Made by a program: the position numbers and the translations under genes
In this document: in pieces, positions 25,711 to 38,748 of the stretch
Position numbering within the stretch: position 1 is the stretch's first letter
Layout of the letters: the number at the start of each line of letters is the position of its first letter
The notes under the pieces: model-generated
The model's input: the letters and a program-made list of their open reading frames with translations, nothing else
What the model was told of the DNA's origin: nothing
Databases searched by the model: none
Origin: Tubulanus polymorphus
Taxonomy: Eukaryota; Animalia; Nemertea
Reading direction: 5' to 3'
DNA length: 64,000 nt
Assembly: GCF_964204645.1 (NCBI RefSeq)
Contig: NW_027437434.1
Location: forward strand, 117,001 to 181,000

Positions 25711-28700
25711 TTAGTAGCTATCGAAACTATCGTAATCCGTTCACATAATATTCTATTACTTTCTATAAGGCTTTCTTCTATTCTCCTACTTAGTGGATTT
25801 AGACATCTGTAATATTTTCATACGTTTTGGACCTGGAGACTTCTCTTTTCTTTACGCCTGTTTATCTAGAAGAAATTTTTCATCTCTAGTAGAGTCTATC
25901 TGTGCTCATGGTCTGATCAACCATCTCTCTTTCGTCTACTAGTTTGGTTCGTTTAAGTTTCCATCGATGACTCTTCTAGGTTTGCGCATAGGTGAAAAGT
26001 TCGTTTATTTTGTCTAGCCAATCGGCTGCTGTCGTCGTCGTGATTTGAGAAGTTTACTACCTTTACGGATTCTGTTTTATTTACTTTTGTGTTTTTGTTT
26101 TGCCTTATAGAGCGATTCTCTTACTGTAACCATTTTAATCCATTTAAGTATCTTTTAGACTTCCTTGATTTAAGTAGTGGACCGATCGGTAGTACTATAT
26201 CTAAGTAGGCTTCCCAGAATATCGAATTAGGTACCCAACAAACGAAAACAGAATATTTACTTACTATATAGCTAGCTCATTATTTTAATCGTCCATTTTC
26301 ATGTAATTTTTCTCCTTTGCAACGGTAGCACTGACCGAATTTATATTACTTTGTTTTGCTTATTTTAAATGCTTTCTCATTTTCATTTCATGTGTGCAGG
26401 TATATGTATATATATATATATATATAACCTATAGGTATTGTTTTATGGCATCTGTGAATGCTTACCGTAGTATTCGGTATTCTGTTCATGCGAAACAGTT
26501 TCAAATGATATTAAGTGCCGGAGTCGCACGTCTCTATTTTAACGTAAATAATGTATTTTTGTGCTTTCGTGGACAAAAGTTCTACGCGGCAGGGGAGGAT
26601 ATAGCAAACCAATATTATTCATTTTTAAAAAACGTACTTTCTTGATTTGGCAGTTTCATTTTTGGAATAACTATGTCATGGTAGACATAGATTTGATCTG
26701 CATGAATATAGCTTTTAAAATATCAGAGTTACATTTTTGAAAAATAGCATTTTATCAATCATTTTATATCTGAGATTATTTTCTTGTTTCTCTTTGTACC
26801 ATTTATGACTGCCAAGCCTAGTTACTCTGGTCTGAGAAGCTTTGTTCTCATAGTATCTTAAAGTCAACAAACCACAACATTTGCCTAGATACTTAATGGT
26901 GACACTAATTACAAAGTTTGTTTTCTTGGCAATCTGGCATCTATCCGTTGTCAGAGCCCAAGTACCTGGATCCTCCAATCAGATGAATCTTTGCTAGATT
27001 GGGTTTGTAGGTGGAGCCAGAGTCATCAAGGTCCAGCTCAGGCCTAGCTGGGTTATTCTGACTTTGGATTTCATCAAATAAACCCAATCTGCAATTAAAG
27101 ATTCACTCTCGTATTTTCATTGGATTTTCAGGTAAGATATTTAGTACACTTTGTTATTCATAGTGTTTCCATTTATTACAACTTAGCTTAGGCCTAAAAC
27201 AATATAGTATAATTTGTCTGCTATATTCTCGCCTCCCCCGAGTGAAGTATTCTACCGATCCTTATGGATCTCGATTATTAAAGAAATCGAATGTAAATTA
27301 GAATTACAAATAACTGAAATTAGGTTTTGCTATAAACCATGCAAGACGCATATATTCGAATTACAATTTAAAACTTAAGCTGGCAATTTGAGTACTCTGT
27401 ATATATATACATATATATATTTATATAATTAGTCAACAAGGTGTTATGACGATATGATATATAATCTCAGTAATTATTAGTATAATCATGTATATTCAAA
27501 TGTATGAACTATGACTTTTAATAACTTTTTTTCTGACTTTGGATTTCATCAAATAAACCCAATCTGCAATTAAAGATTCACTCTCGTATTTTCATTGGAT
27601 TTTCAGGAATTTCAGAATCACAAAACATAATTATAACCGCGGTGGTTCATCCCAAAAACCTCCGCATTAAAATATTATTGTGAAAGTTAATTACAACGGT
27701 GAATTAACTAATCAATCAGACTGGCTAAGGTAATAGTATTTATGACTTACATAAATTATCCGTGTAGGCCTGTATGAAGTAGACGATCATTAGAATATAA
27801 CGTTACTCACCTGAAATTGTGATTAATGTATGTTTGATATTCTTTATTCAGTAGCTTTGACATTTCATGCAGCCATTTCAAATACAAAAAATATAAAATC
27901 GTTACATAGATACTCGGCAACAAGTTGCCAAGAACAGATATATCCAACAATAACAATTGAAATGTGAAAATCATTCAAAATGTGTCTAGAAACGTGAATT
28001 GGATGTTATTTACCGCTACCCGAATTGTTTAAAAACATATCAACACCAAGATTGTGGAAATATGATAATTAATATTTCTTCAAAAATGGCCGCCATCTTG
28101 AAAAATGGCTGCTACAGGTTTTTGTGCTGAATTTTCGAGTCTGTAAACCCAATATTTGATTTTAATGTTGTCAAAAACATATAAATAGGCACTAAGATGA
28201 CTGAAATCGTGTAGCGTTTCTCTCCTGGGTAGCGTGTTTCTTTTTAGGGTTGGATAAGTAAAATAGGCGTTTGCTACTAGGGTTCGCCCTGAAACAATAT
28301 AATCGGGTTATACGAAAATATTGGGGGAAGTAATTCCTCCTCAGGGAAAAGATATAAATTCTTGTCTAAATTATCGTCAAATACATATTCATCCTTCTCA
28401 TTCCATGATCAGGGCTCAGCATCCAAGTAGGCGACTACCTGGCCAGGATTTCGCTCGGGTTCGAACCTAGTTCTCCTCAACATCTACCGTTCTCTACGTA
28501 TGACACTCTGTCATGACTACCCCCGGGTGAAGGCCATCAGTCAATAAAGGACTGAGGGATCGGATCCTCGATTGATGGTCTCCATCTAACTACTGCTGAC
28601 ACGTCCCTGATCGAACTGGTCCTCTCATATAGACGAATAGTAATAGATTGGCACTGAGGTGAAAAATAGCGGCGGAACTCCTCTCCTCGTTCAGAAAAGA

Positions 28701-28924
28701 CGAAGATATAAGACTTATATAAATCGTCATAAGATAAGAGCCCGTGGACTCTCAAATTTAATGTAACTAAGTCAATAAAATTAACAGCATATCTTTAAAT
28801 TCTCTTAGTTCGCGGCGCGTCTCGAAAAGGTCTCGCGTCGTAGTCGCGTCAAAAATGCATGTCTCATTCGGGCGTACAGTACGAGACTCGAAAGGTGCTA
28901 ACGACGATCTCAAATCATCGCTCG

Positions 28925-28927
<3 letters not shown>

Positions 28928-29010
<83 letters not shown>

Positions 29011-29055
29011 TTATTTACATTTAAATCGCCCGACCAAGAGTGAATCAAATCGGCA

Positions 29056-29108
<53 letters not shown>
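28928..29108. repeat. (TA)n tracts and a ~50-bp duplication inside the 3' LTR; another (TA)n at ~30227-30318
   Basis: Absent from the matching 5' LTR position (~37585-37600). Confidence 0.95.
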
Positions 29109-29111
<3 letters not shown>

Positions 29112-30223
29112 TTATTTACATTTAAATCGCCCGACCGAGAGTGAATCAAATCGGCAAGAAAATAATTTAAAAATCGAAGCACCCGGCAGGTAGATAAAGA
29201 ATATGTACACAAGCTTGCTCGACGAAATATCTTGATCGGTGACGCTCTCAGTCGGCCGGTAAAAGTTTAACTAGAAGATAGTCATAAACGGCGACATCAA
29301 ACTCGGCCGAAAAGTCTAACTCGGCCGAAAAATCAAACTCGGCCGAAAATCAAACTCGGCCGAAAATCAAACTCGGCCAGACGATCGTACGTAAGTTAAC
29401 GCGAATAAATAATTTGCTTCCTTCGGGTTGGACAAGATGATCATATCCAACCCGAAGGCGAGATAGGAAGGATCAATCTCTTACATCTTATATATAATTT
29501 ATGTTCTCGATAGCAAAGTCAATAGTAAAGTCGGAATTCTGCGTGTGACGCGTGATGATACCAAAGATCGGAATGTCCGACACGCTCGAACGACCCGCCT
29601 TTTATAGGAATCCGAGTGCGCTCATTGGCCAGTAGTGATTTTTCTACGCGAGAAGTAGGCCAAGAGCGCGCACAAAATAGAACGCGAATAAAATAGTTAA
29701 CAGGAAGATTAATGCTCCCAGAAATTAAATATAGTCAATACACGCGCTAAAAATACCAAAAGAATACATTAAAGAGGATAAAAACGAAATTCGAATATCA
29801 AACCCGAGTTTGATGTACGCGCGCAAGAATAGTGAGCCGCCTAGCGGTGCGACAAAGCTCAACTCGCCGAGCGAGGAACCGAAGAAAACAAATCAAACTA
29901 TGTAAATATGATGAAAATAGGATTATGACATTACCAAACGGCAGTTCTAAAGTAAAAAAAACGATATCAAAAGAATAGACTACAGGTAAGTAACTTGAAT
30001 GTTATAGCGCGAATTTACGATAAAAGCAGAATAAAAAGATGTGATCGTGCTATTTCCCGACAGAAACCGATCCAAACCCCAACCCGAACGCAAATAGACC
30101 GCAACGAGACGCCCGAAAAACTTTAAAGTGTCCAAATTTTCAGACTACAAATTTAAACCATCGAAAACAGAATTAAAAAAAAATAAAAAAAATAAAAATA
30201 TATATATAAAATAAAAAATATAT

Positions 30224-30325
<102 letters not shown>

Positions 30326-30528
30326 ATCGCCCCACCCGGAGATATCGGAGGAAAGGATGAGGTGCTGAAAGAAAAATGAACCAGAGGTGTTAAACAGAAA
30401 CAGGGTCCATTTTCGCCACAACACCCCCTCCCAGCCTCCGACCTCCCCCGGCGGAGGCGATAAATAGCGAAAATCGGAGTAGAGTCTCATACGATGCCAA
30501 ACACCTTCTGGTCGATCAGACACAGCGT

Positions 30529-31708
30529 TCATATTACTGGTTCGCTACTGAATCCATAGATTTCTACGTCTCCGGCCGCGGTAGGGTGGCTGTGTAGCAT
30601 CCCGAATGCCGTAGGTCGAGTCACCTCCACTTGTCGAACGAACTCTGGAGTCGGCCACCCAATCTTGAACCTCAAGGATTCGACGACGCACCGGTTGCAT
30701 ACTGCTCTGTAGCATGGAGAACCGAAATATTTATACGCATTGCGACCAGGAACAGGATGACTGTGTAGCAGGACCAATTGTTCGCACAATGCTGGACTCG
30801 CGTTGTTGGCCTGGCAACTCTCTGATGACTTGTCGACTACGACGTCTTCCAGCTTCGACGTACCTTTTTCTATCTCGACTGATGGCTCGGACGACTATTC
30901 TTGCGCAACTACCGGCAGCGACTCAGTTGACAACTTGACGACGGAAGTCGGAGACTGAATTACTGGTGTCTTCATAGCAGTAGTAGGCGGCCCGATTGGC
31001 AGGCTCTCGACGACGGTTGGTAGTTTATCGCCTGCAGCAGTCGGCAGATCATCGCTGATGACAGCTGGGAATTTCTCTGTGACGATCGAAGGTGGATAAA
31101 CCTCTTCTATGGTGCCCGACATCTCTTTCATGATTCGGGTTACGACGTCGGAAGCCGATCTCCCTTCCGATTGACAGCTGACGGGAGTGACGTCCATCTC
31201 TTGTTCTCTAGTTGAAGTAGCGGTATGGGATTGCGTACCAAAGTGGACCGTTCGAGCGTCACCAGTGACCGGCTCATCTTCTTCTAATATCTTATTGATT
31301 TGAACCACTAACTGCTCTGCCGTCTCGTCGATCGCTTCTCGCTCCCGCTGTCGATCCAATCTTGCTTTCGATTCTTCTGCGCGCTTACGCCGCTGCTCGT
31401 CACGTCGAAACTTTCTTTTGGCGGACACCGCGCTCACAGTAGAGGTAACGTTCGACGCGGATAGGACTTGTGCAGGCGGGTCTCGGTCCCATGAGTCTTC
31501 CGCGACTTCGAGGATACGCACCCTCTCTTCGTGGTATTTGACGTGCCCACGGGCCTTCAGTTTGGTAGCGAACTGTTTACCGCACTTTTCACACTCGAAA
31601 ACTTTCCCCTCGCGGGTCCGGCCTTCACAATACCTATTATGCGCGTGAACGTTTTCCTTGTCGACTCTTCGCGCACAGTAAATACATTTAACCTTGGTCG
31701 TTTTATCC
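30529..31708 (-). CDS. Accessory ORF3 with zinc fingers downstream of pol
   Basis: CIYC..HNRYC and a C2H2 finger FECEKCGKQFATKLKARGHVKYH; charged coiled-coil segment; preceded by a strong acceptor (T-tract..TTTTGTAG at 31709). Confidence 0.65.
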
Positions 31709-31768
31709 CTACAAAATAGAACGGATAAAAAAAAAACATGAAAATTACGATGGCAGATGACATCTGGA

Positions 31769-34700
31769 CTACCACCAGTCGCCATATCTATCAGGTGGTC
31801 TCGATGTACGCCCGAAAAAAGTGGTTCTAAAATCGTCGCTTTTGATTTCGTCCGAGTATTTCTCTGGATAGTCAGGAGTCCTCAGGTCAGGTGCGGTTGG
31901 CTCAAGGTAGGGTTTCAGTCGGTTGAAATGCACGGTCATACGCTTGTTCGAATTAGGAAGCGCTATAGTATATACTACGTCGTTTATTATCTCGAAAATC
32001 TCACATGGGCCTACCCAATGACAGGCCAGCTTTGATGACTTCATGCCAGGCGTGACAGGTCGGAAAAGCCATACCCTATCACCGACTTTGTAATTCGTTC
32101 CGTGACTACGAGTATCATAATGTCTTTTATTTCTTCTAGCACGAAGCGCTAAGTTCTTTCGGGTGTGAGAAAAAGCGAAAGTAAGGCGTTCCTTCAGTTC
32201 CGTTGCGTACGTCTCAACTGGGAGCTGTATTGAAGGATGGGGAGTTCCCGAGAGAATATCTATAGGTAAGTTTATATCCCGGCCTAGCATCAAATAGTTT
32301 GGAGAAAATCCGGTCGAATCATGTGTCGACGCTCGGTACGCCATCGTTAAAAATGGTAGCTGCTCGTCCCAGTCGTCCTGGTTTTTATTCACAAGCATGG
32401 CGAGCCCATTCAACCGGGTGCGATTGTATCGCTCGACTTATCCATCGGACTGCGGGTGGTAGGCGGTAGTTCTAGTCTTACGCATTTCTAGCATGCCGCA
32501 AATTTCGGTCATCAATTTTGACTGGAAATTAGACCCTTGATCAGAGTGAAATTGTCTCGCTACACCAAATCTACTTATGAATTCTCGGACGAGTGTTGCT
32601 GCTATAGTCTTGGCTTCCTGATTTGGTAGAGGATAGGCCTCCATCCAACGAGTAAAATAATCGGAGACGACTAAAATTACTGTGTTCCCGGCTTTCGTTT
32701 CGGGTAGGGGCCCCAAAATATCTAAAGCTATTCTTTCCATAGGTATGCCAACGCGATAGTCTTTAAGTTTTGCTTTATTACTACTAGGTGGACTCTTCCT
32801 GGTGGCACATAGGTAACAAGTCGCACACCAGAGCTTGACATCATCCCGAATTTCGGGCCAGAAATATCTTTGGTGAATGCTAGTGAGAGTTTTCTTGTAG
32901 CCGAAGTGTCCGGCGGTTCTAGAGGCATGAATCTCGATGAATACTTCGTGACGGTAAGTTTTAGGCAAAACTAACAACGTGGACGGATCTAACCCTTCTC
33001 TTTCCTTGGTGATATACAGTACGCCCTCGACCAATTTTAATTGTTCCCACCGGGTTGCTAGAAATTTGCTGGTAGCGCCCTCACTTGCGACATCCTGCCA
33101 GTTTGGTCGATCTTGGGACTTATATCGCTCTACAATCCATCTGAGATCAGGGTCGCTTGCTTGTGCTTGGCCTAGTTCTGTTGGCGACCATTTCGGCGCG
33201 CACGATAATTCAGTGGAACAGTCTCTGATAGCTCTCACCCGCTTGATGTGGCTGCATGGACTCTCGATTGTTTCATACCTCTCAGAGGCCCTCAAGCAAT
33301 GTTGACATTCCCTGCGACTCAAAGCATCTGCGTTGGTGTGAAGACGGCCGGGACGATGTTGAACCTTGAAGTTGTATTCTGACAAAAGTGTAATCCACCG
33401 GGCCGTCTGTCCCTCTGGGTCTTTAAAAGACATGAGCCAGCGTAGCGAACCGTGGTTGGTGCGGAGCAGAAACTCTCTCCCTAATAAATAATGTCTGAAA
33501 TGCTTGACGTATGTGACCACTGCCAATAACTCCCGTCTCGTGACGCAATAATTTCGCTCTTGCTTTGACAAGGTGCGACTGCCATAGGCGATCACTTTCT
33601 CAGCCCCATCGTGTACTTGTGACAAAACAGCCCCCAAGCCTACCCCACTAGCGTCGGTATCTAAGATAAACTGGGTATCCGGGAGTGGATATGCCAGGAT
33701 GGGCGCTGTCATGAGCGCGTCTTTCAATTCCTCAAAAGCGGACTGACATTCTCCAGACCATTCAAATTTCCTTCCCTTCTCGGTTAATCGGTGGAGTGGT
33801 TTCGCCGTCGATGCGAAATCTCGGTAAAAACTCCGGTAGTAAGATGCTAAACCCAAAAATGATCTTACGTCAGTTTGACATCGAGGTACAGGCCAGGTCT
33901 TAATTGATTCGATTTTACCTGGGTCGCACGATACGCCGTCCTCTGAGACTACATGTCCTAAAAACGCAACCGATTTCTCAAAGAAGTGGCACTTCTTGGG
34001 TTTGAGTTTTAGATCGAACCTTTTAAGCCTTTCGAATACTTTGTGTAGGTTGCCCAAAGTCTCTTCAAAATTCTTTCCGAATACTATGATATCATCTTAA
34101 TAGACTAAGCAAATCTCATACTGCAGGCCACAGAGAACCTGTTCCATGAGTCTTTCGAACGTCGCGCCACTATTACACAACCCAAAAGGCATCTTTCGAA
34201 ATTGAAATAGACCATCTCTCATGACAAACGCGGATTTCTCTCTTGCAGATTCGGACAGCTCGACCTGCCAATAACCAGATGCGAGATCTATAGTACAAAA
34301 ATATATAGAGCCAGAAAGGGAACGGATAGAGTCATCAATTCTGGGTAGGGGATAAGCATCTTTCATAGTGACGTCATTCACCCGCCAATAATCTACGCAA
34401 AATCTAATCCCCCCGTCCTTCTTCGACACAAGAACTATCGGACTAGCCCACGGTGAAGTTGACGGTTCAACCACCCCGCGATCTAGCATCTCTTTGACTA
34501 GGCGACTGGCTACCTCTTGTCTTGCCTGTGGTAAGCGTCGAGTCTTCTGTCTAACCGGCTTAGCATCCCCTGTGTGTATATCGTGCGTAATTCCCGGGGC
34601 TACCCCTAAATCTGCGTCGGACCGAGCAAAGATGTCTCGATACTCTAAAATTAACTTTTCGACCTGAGATGCTTCGTCTGGCTGTAAGTCTTTCGTGCTT

Positions 34701-35545
34701 CTCTGGACGAGATCTCTTAAAAATTCGGGAGTCTCTCCGCTTGGAGGGCTGGGAGTATGCGTGGCTCTCACATTACTGGATTCTACTCTAGATGCGGGTC
34801 TCAAAGAGTTGTCCCCTTGTAAACTGTAATCTTGTGTGGGATTGTAGGATTTAAAACTCTGGTGGGTAACCATATTTTCTCGGTGTCGACGAGACTTCTC
34901 GCTGTCAGAAATCGATGTTTGTGGCTAAACTCAGACGGTTCTATCATAGCCCACTTCCCGGAGTGGAGTTGTACATCAGTCGTTCCTTCGAGCACTTTTT
35001 CGCTAAAAGGGGGGATAACGACTCGCTGACGGCTTCTGACGTGAGTATTGTTCTTATCTAGCTGACATTTCTTTCCGTAGATGATTTGCTCACCATGACT
35101 CGTGATACTTTGCCTGGCTGGGTGAATCTAGTCGTAGTGTGAAAGAAAATCTAAACCTAAGACGGCTTCATCTTCGATATCAGCTACCGCGAATGACCAG
35201 GGCATGACCTCGCCGAAAATCTCGACTCCGACCTCAAGTTTACCGTACGTTTTCAGAGGGGAATTATTGATACTGTATAGCCGTAAATTCGATTCTTCTA
35301 GATTCTCCTGCGATGCTGGGTGTAATTTCTCGAATACGTTTTTACTCTGAACTGAAACACATGCACCAGTATCGATTAAAAATTTGGTTTGTACATTGTC
35401 GATTTTTCCGCTGATGATTATGCTAGATACCGTGTTGCTGATCGCGCTTACAGTAACTCGTTCATTCAAGAGGGTTGGCGATGAGAGTTTGGTTTTTAAT
35501 CTCTCCTCTGGCTTGACTCTCTTTGAGCCAGGGGTCGCCCGTTTC
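31769..35545 (-). pseudogene. pol: Pol (PR-RT-RH-IN) of the second Gypsy, disrupted
   Basis: FLIDTGA; DAYPLPRID; MPFGL; VY*DD; DTDASG; GHFG..C..C; LDILGP; HSDQG; HPQSDG; WVGP. Confidence 0.95.
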
Positions 35546-36668
35546 CCTGTCTCGGTCCTTCTCGGCAGTTTCTAGAGATATGGCCTGTTTGACCACAACT
35601 GTAACAGATGATAGAATGATTATCTCGACGAACGCTCTGTTGGGATTGTAGGCCTACTAACTGCTGACCATTGTCGTAAACTCAGTCACCTGAGATCTCA
35701 ATGTCTCAATTTGGTCGCTCTCTCCTACTTTTGTTGCTCTCACGAACCCATGAGATCCACGTTCTCTATCCTCTTCTAATCTCTTAAACCCCTCTAACTC
35801 TACGGCTAGACGGACTAACTCGTCGAGCGATTTACAATGACTCTGGTACAATTGCATACGCAGCTCTCTATCTTCGATCGCGTCTATAAATGTGTTCGGA
35901 CCAAACGGTCTCGCTGAAACGGGTCTAAATCGGGATATGCCCTAACGGCAAGGGAAAGTAGTTCTTGCCCCAGCTCTCTCAGGGTTTCCGTCCTCTTACG
36001 CCTTCTGTTCTTAATTTCAGCTAAGAAGAGTTCAGATTGATGGCCGGAACCAAATCTCGAGTCGAGTATACCGACTAACTCGCCATAATCAAGCCGACTT
36101 TGATGCGACAAAGTGCAAGCTAATTGACGGGCGGGACCTCTAAGGTGTGTGAATAGAAAATCTGCCTTGGATCCGTCGTCCCAGCGGTTGATACGTGCTA
36201 CTGTCTCAAAAACTTGAATATAATCTCGCCAGGAACCATTGCCGTCAAAGGTTTCGGGTTTGATTCTACATGCCAGGTTACGGTCTTGAGTGAGGCGCTG
36301 ACTCTCGAAAACAAAGTTTTATCCCGGCGGAGCTCGGTCAAGACGATCACTCGTTTCGACATTGGACTCAAAACGGTCGGCATAAATGAAATTCTGATCT
36401 CCGGAGCTAACCCTACGAGGAAGCGCTGTCGTCTCAAAAACCTCTGAGCCTTTCTCGAGTACATTAGGCGCGGTCACTACTTCTGTCACGGTTGGGGAAT
36501 CTCCTACGACCGTCGTCTCTCTGTCTAAGGGCTGACTATGGGTTAGATTCCCGTCTCTTCGAGATTTCGACGCCTCGTCGCTAAGACTTCGGGGTTGTCT
36601 ACGAGCGTTACTCCTAGTCGAAGGGATACTCTCAGATCACCATCCACGTTAACGGATTGAGTACTCAT
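35496..36668 (-). pseudogene. gag: Gag of the second Gypsy, with stops and frameshifts
   Basis: DYGELVGILDSRFG, RRRKRTETLRELGQE..LAVRAYP and CYSCGQTGHISRNC knuckle. Confidence 0.88.
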
Positions 36669-38748
36669 CTTTGCTAAGTCACTAAAATTCAAATAATAGT
36701 CTTAATCGTCTTATACAAATTCTGAACGAGTCTACGTTCCACTCAGTGCCAAAATAATAAAGATAAAAGAATATTGTGCTAAAATTCTCGTTGAGTTTCT
36801 TCTGTGCGGGTCTATCAACTTATTGATCAAATCAAATCAAATACGATCCCACCGCTGCCACCATTTTTGTAGCGTTTCTCTCCTGGGTAGCGTGTTTCTT
36901 TTTAGGGTTGGATAAGTAAAATAGGCGTTTGCTACTAGGGTTCGCCCTGAAACAATATAATCGGGTTATACGAAAATATTGGGGGAAGTAATTCCTCCTC
37001 AGGGAAAAGATACAAATTCTTATCTAAATTATCGCAAATAAATATTCATCCTTCTCATTCCATGATCAGGGCCCAGCATCCAAGTAGGCGATTACCTGGC
37101 CAGGATTTCGCTCGGGTTCGAACCTAGTTCTCCTCAACATCTTCCGTTCTCTACGTATGACACTCTGTCATGACTTCCCCCGGATGAAGGCCATCAGTCA
37201 ATAAAGGACTGAGGGTTCGGATCCTCGATTGATGGTCTCCATCTAACTACTGCTGACACGTCCCTGATCGAACTGGTCCTCTCATAAAGACGAATAATAA
37301 TAGATTGGCACTGAGGTGAAAAATAGCGGCGGAACTCCTCTCCTCGTTCAAAAAAGACGAAGATATAAGACTTATATAAATCGTCATAAGATAAGAGCCC
37401 GTGGACTCTCAAATTTAATGTAACTAAGTCAATAAAATTAACAGCATATCTTTAAATTCTCTTAGTTCGCGGCGCGTCTCGAAAAGGTCTCGCGTCGTGG
37501 TCGCGTCAAAAATGCATGTCTCAATCGGGCGTACAGTACGAGACTCGAAAGGTGCTAACGACGATCTCAAATCATCGCTCGGAATATGTTATACATATAC
37601 ATTTATTTACATTTAAATCGCCCGACCGAGAGCGAATCAAATCGGCAAGAAAATAATTTAAAAATCGAAGCACCCGGCGGGTAGATAAAGAATATGAACA
37701 CAAGCTTGCTCGACGAAATATCTTGATCGGTGACGCTCTCAGTCGGCCGGTAAAAGTTTAACTAGAAGATAGTCATAAACGGCGACATCAAACTCGGCCG
37801 AAAAGTCTAACTCGGCCGAAAAATCAAACTCGGCCGAAAATCAAACTCGGCCAGACGATCGTACGTAAGTTAACGCGAATGAATAATTTGCTTCCTTCGG
37901 GTTGGACAAGATGATCATATCCAACCTGAAGGCGAGATAGGAAGGATTAATCTCTTACATCTTATATATAATTTATGTTCTCAATAGCAAAGTCAATAGT
38001 AAAGTCGGAATTCTGCGTGTGACGCGTGATGATACCAAAGATCGGAATGTCCGACACGCTCGAACGACCCGCCTTTTATAGGAATCCGAGTGCGCTCATT
38101 GGCCAGTAGTGATACCACTACGTGCGAAGTAGGCCAAGAGCGCGCACTAAATAGAACGCGAATAAAATAGTTAACAGGAAGATTAATGCTCCCAGAAATT
38201 AAATATAGTCAATACACGCGCTAAAAATACCAAAAGAACACATTAAAGAGGATAAAAACGAAATTCGAATATCAAACCCGAGTTTGATGTACGCGCGCAA
38301 GAATAGTGAACCGCCTAGCGGTGCGACAAAGCTCAACTCGCCGAGCGAGGAACCGAAGAAAACAAATCAAACTATGTAAATATGATGAAAATAGGATTAT
38401 GACATTACCAAACGGCAGTTCTAAAGTAAAAAAAACGATATCAAAAGAATAGACTACAGGTAAGTAACTTGAATGTTATAGCGCGAATTAACGATAAAAG
38501 CCGAATAAAAAGATGTGATCGTGCTATTTCCCGACAGAAACCGATCCAAACCCCAACCCGAACGCGAATAGACCGCAACGAGACGCCCGAAAAACTTTAC
38601 AGTGTCCAAATTTTAAGACTACAAATTTAAACCTTTTTAAAAATTTAAAAAATAGGGCCCGGATGAGTGGGCACCCCTTCTGAAATTGAAGCCATATATG
38701 TTACCATCAAACCCTGAAAATTTCATAAAATCCTCACAATGTGCAGTA

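Larger units (their letters stand above)
19375..27671 (+). mobile_element. Full-length Gypsy/Ty3 LTR retrotransposon with a chromodomain-like integrase tail
   Basis: LTRs 19375-20450 and 26600-27671 are nearly identical; ATAT TSD; PBS TGGTGGAGAA at 20453 (tRNA-Ala-like); PPT GGCAGGGGAGGA before the 3' LTR; domain order gag-PR-RT-RH-IN. Confidence 0.97.
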
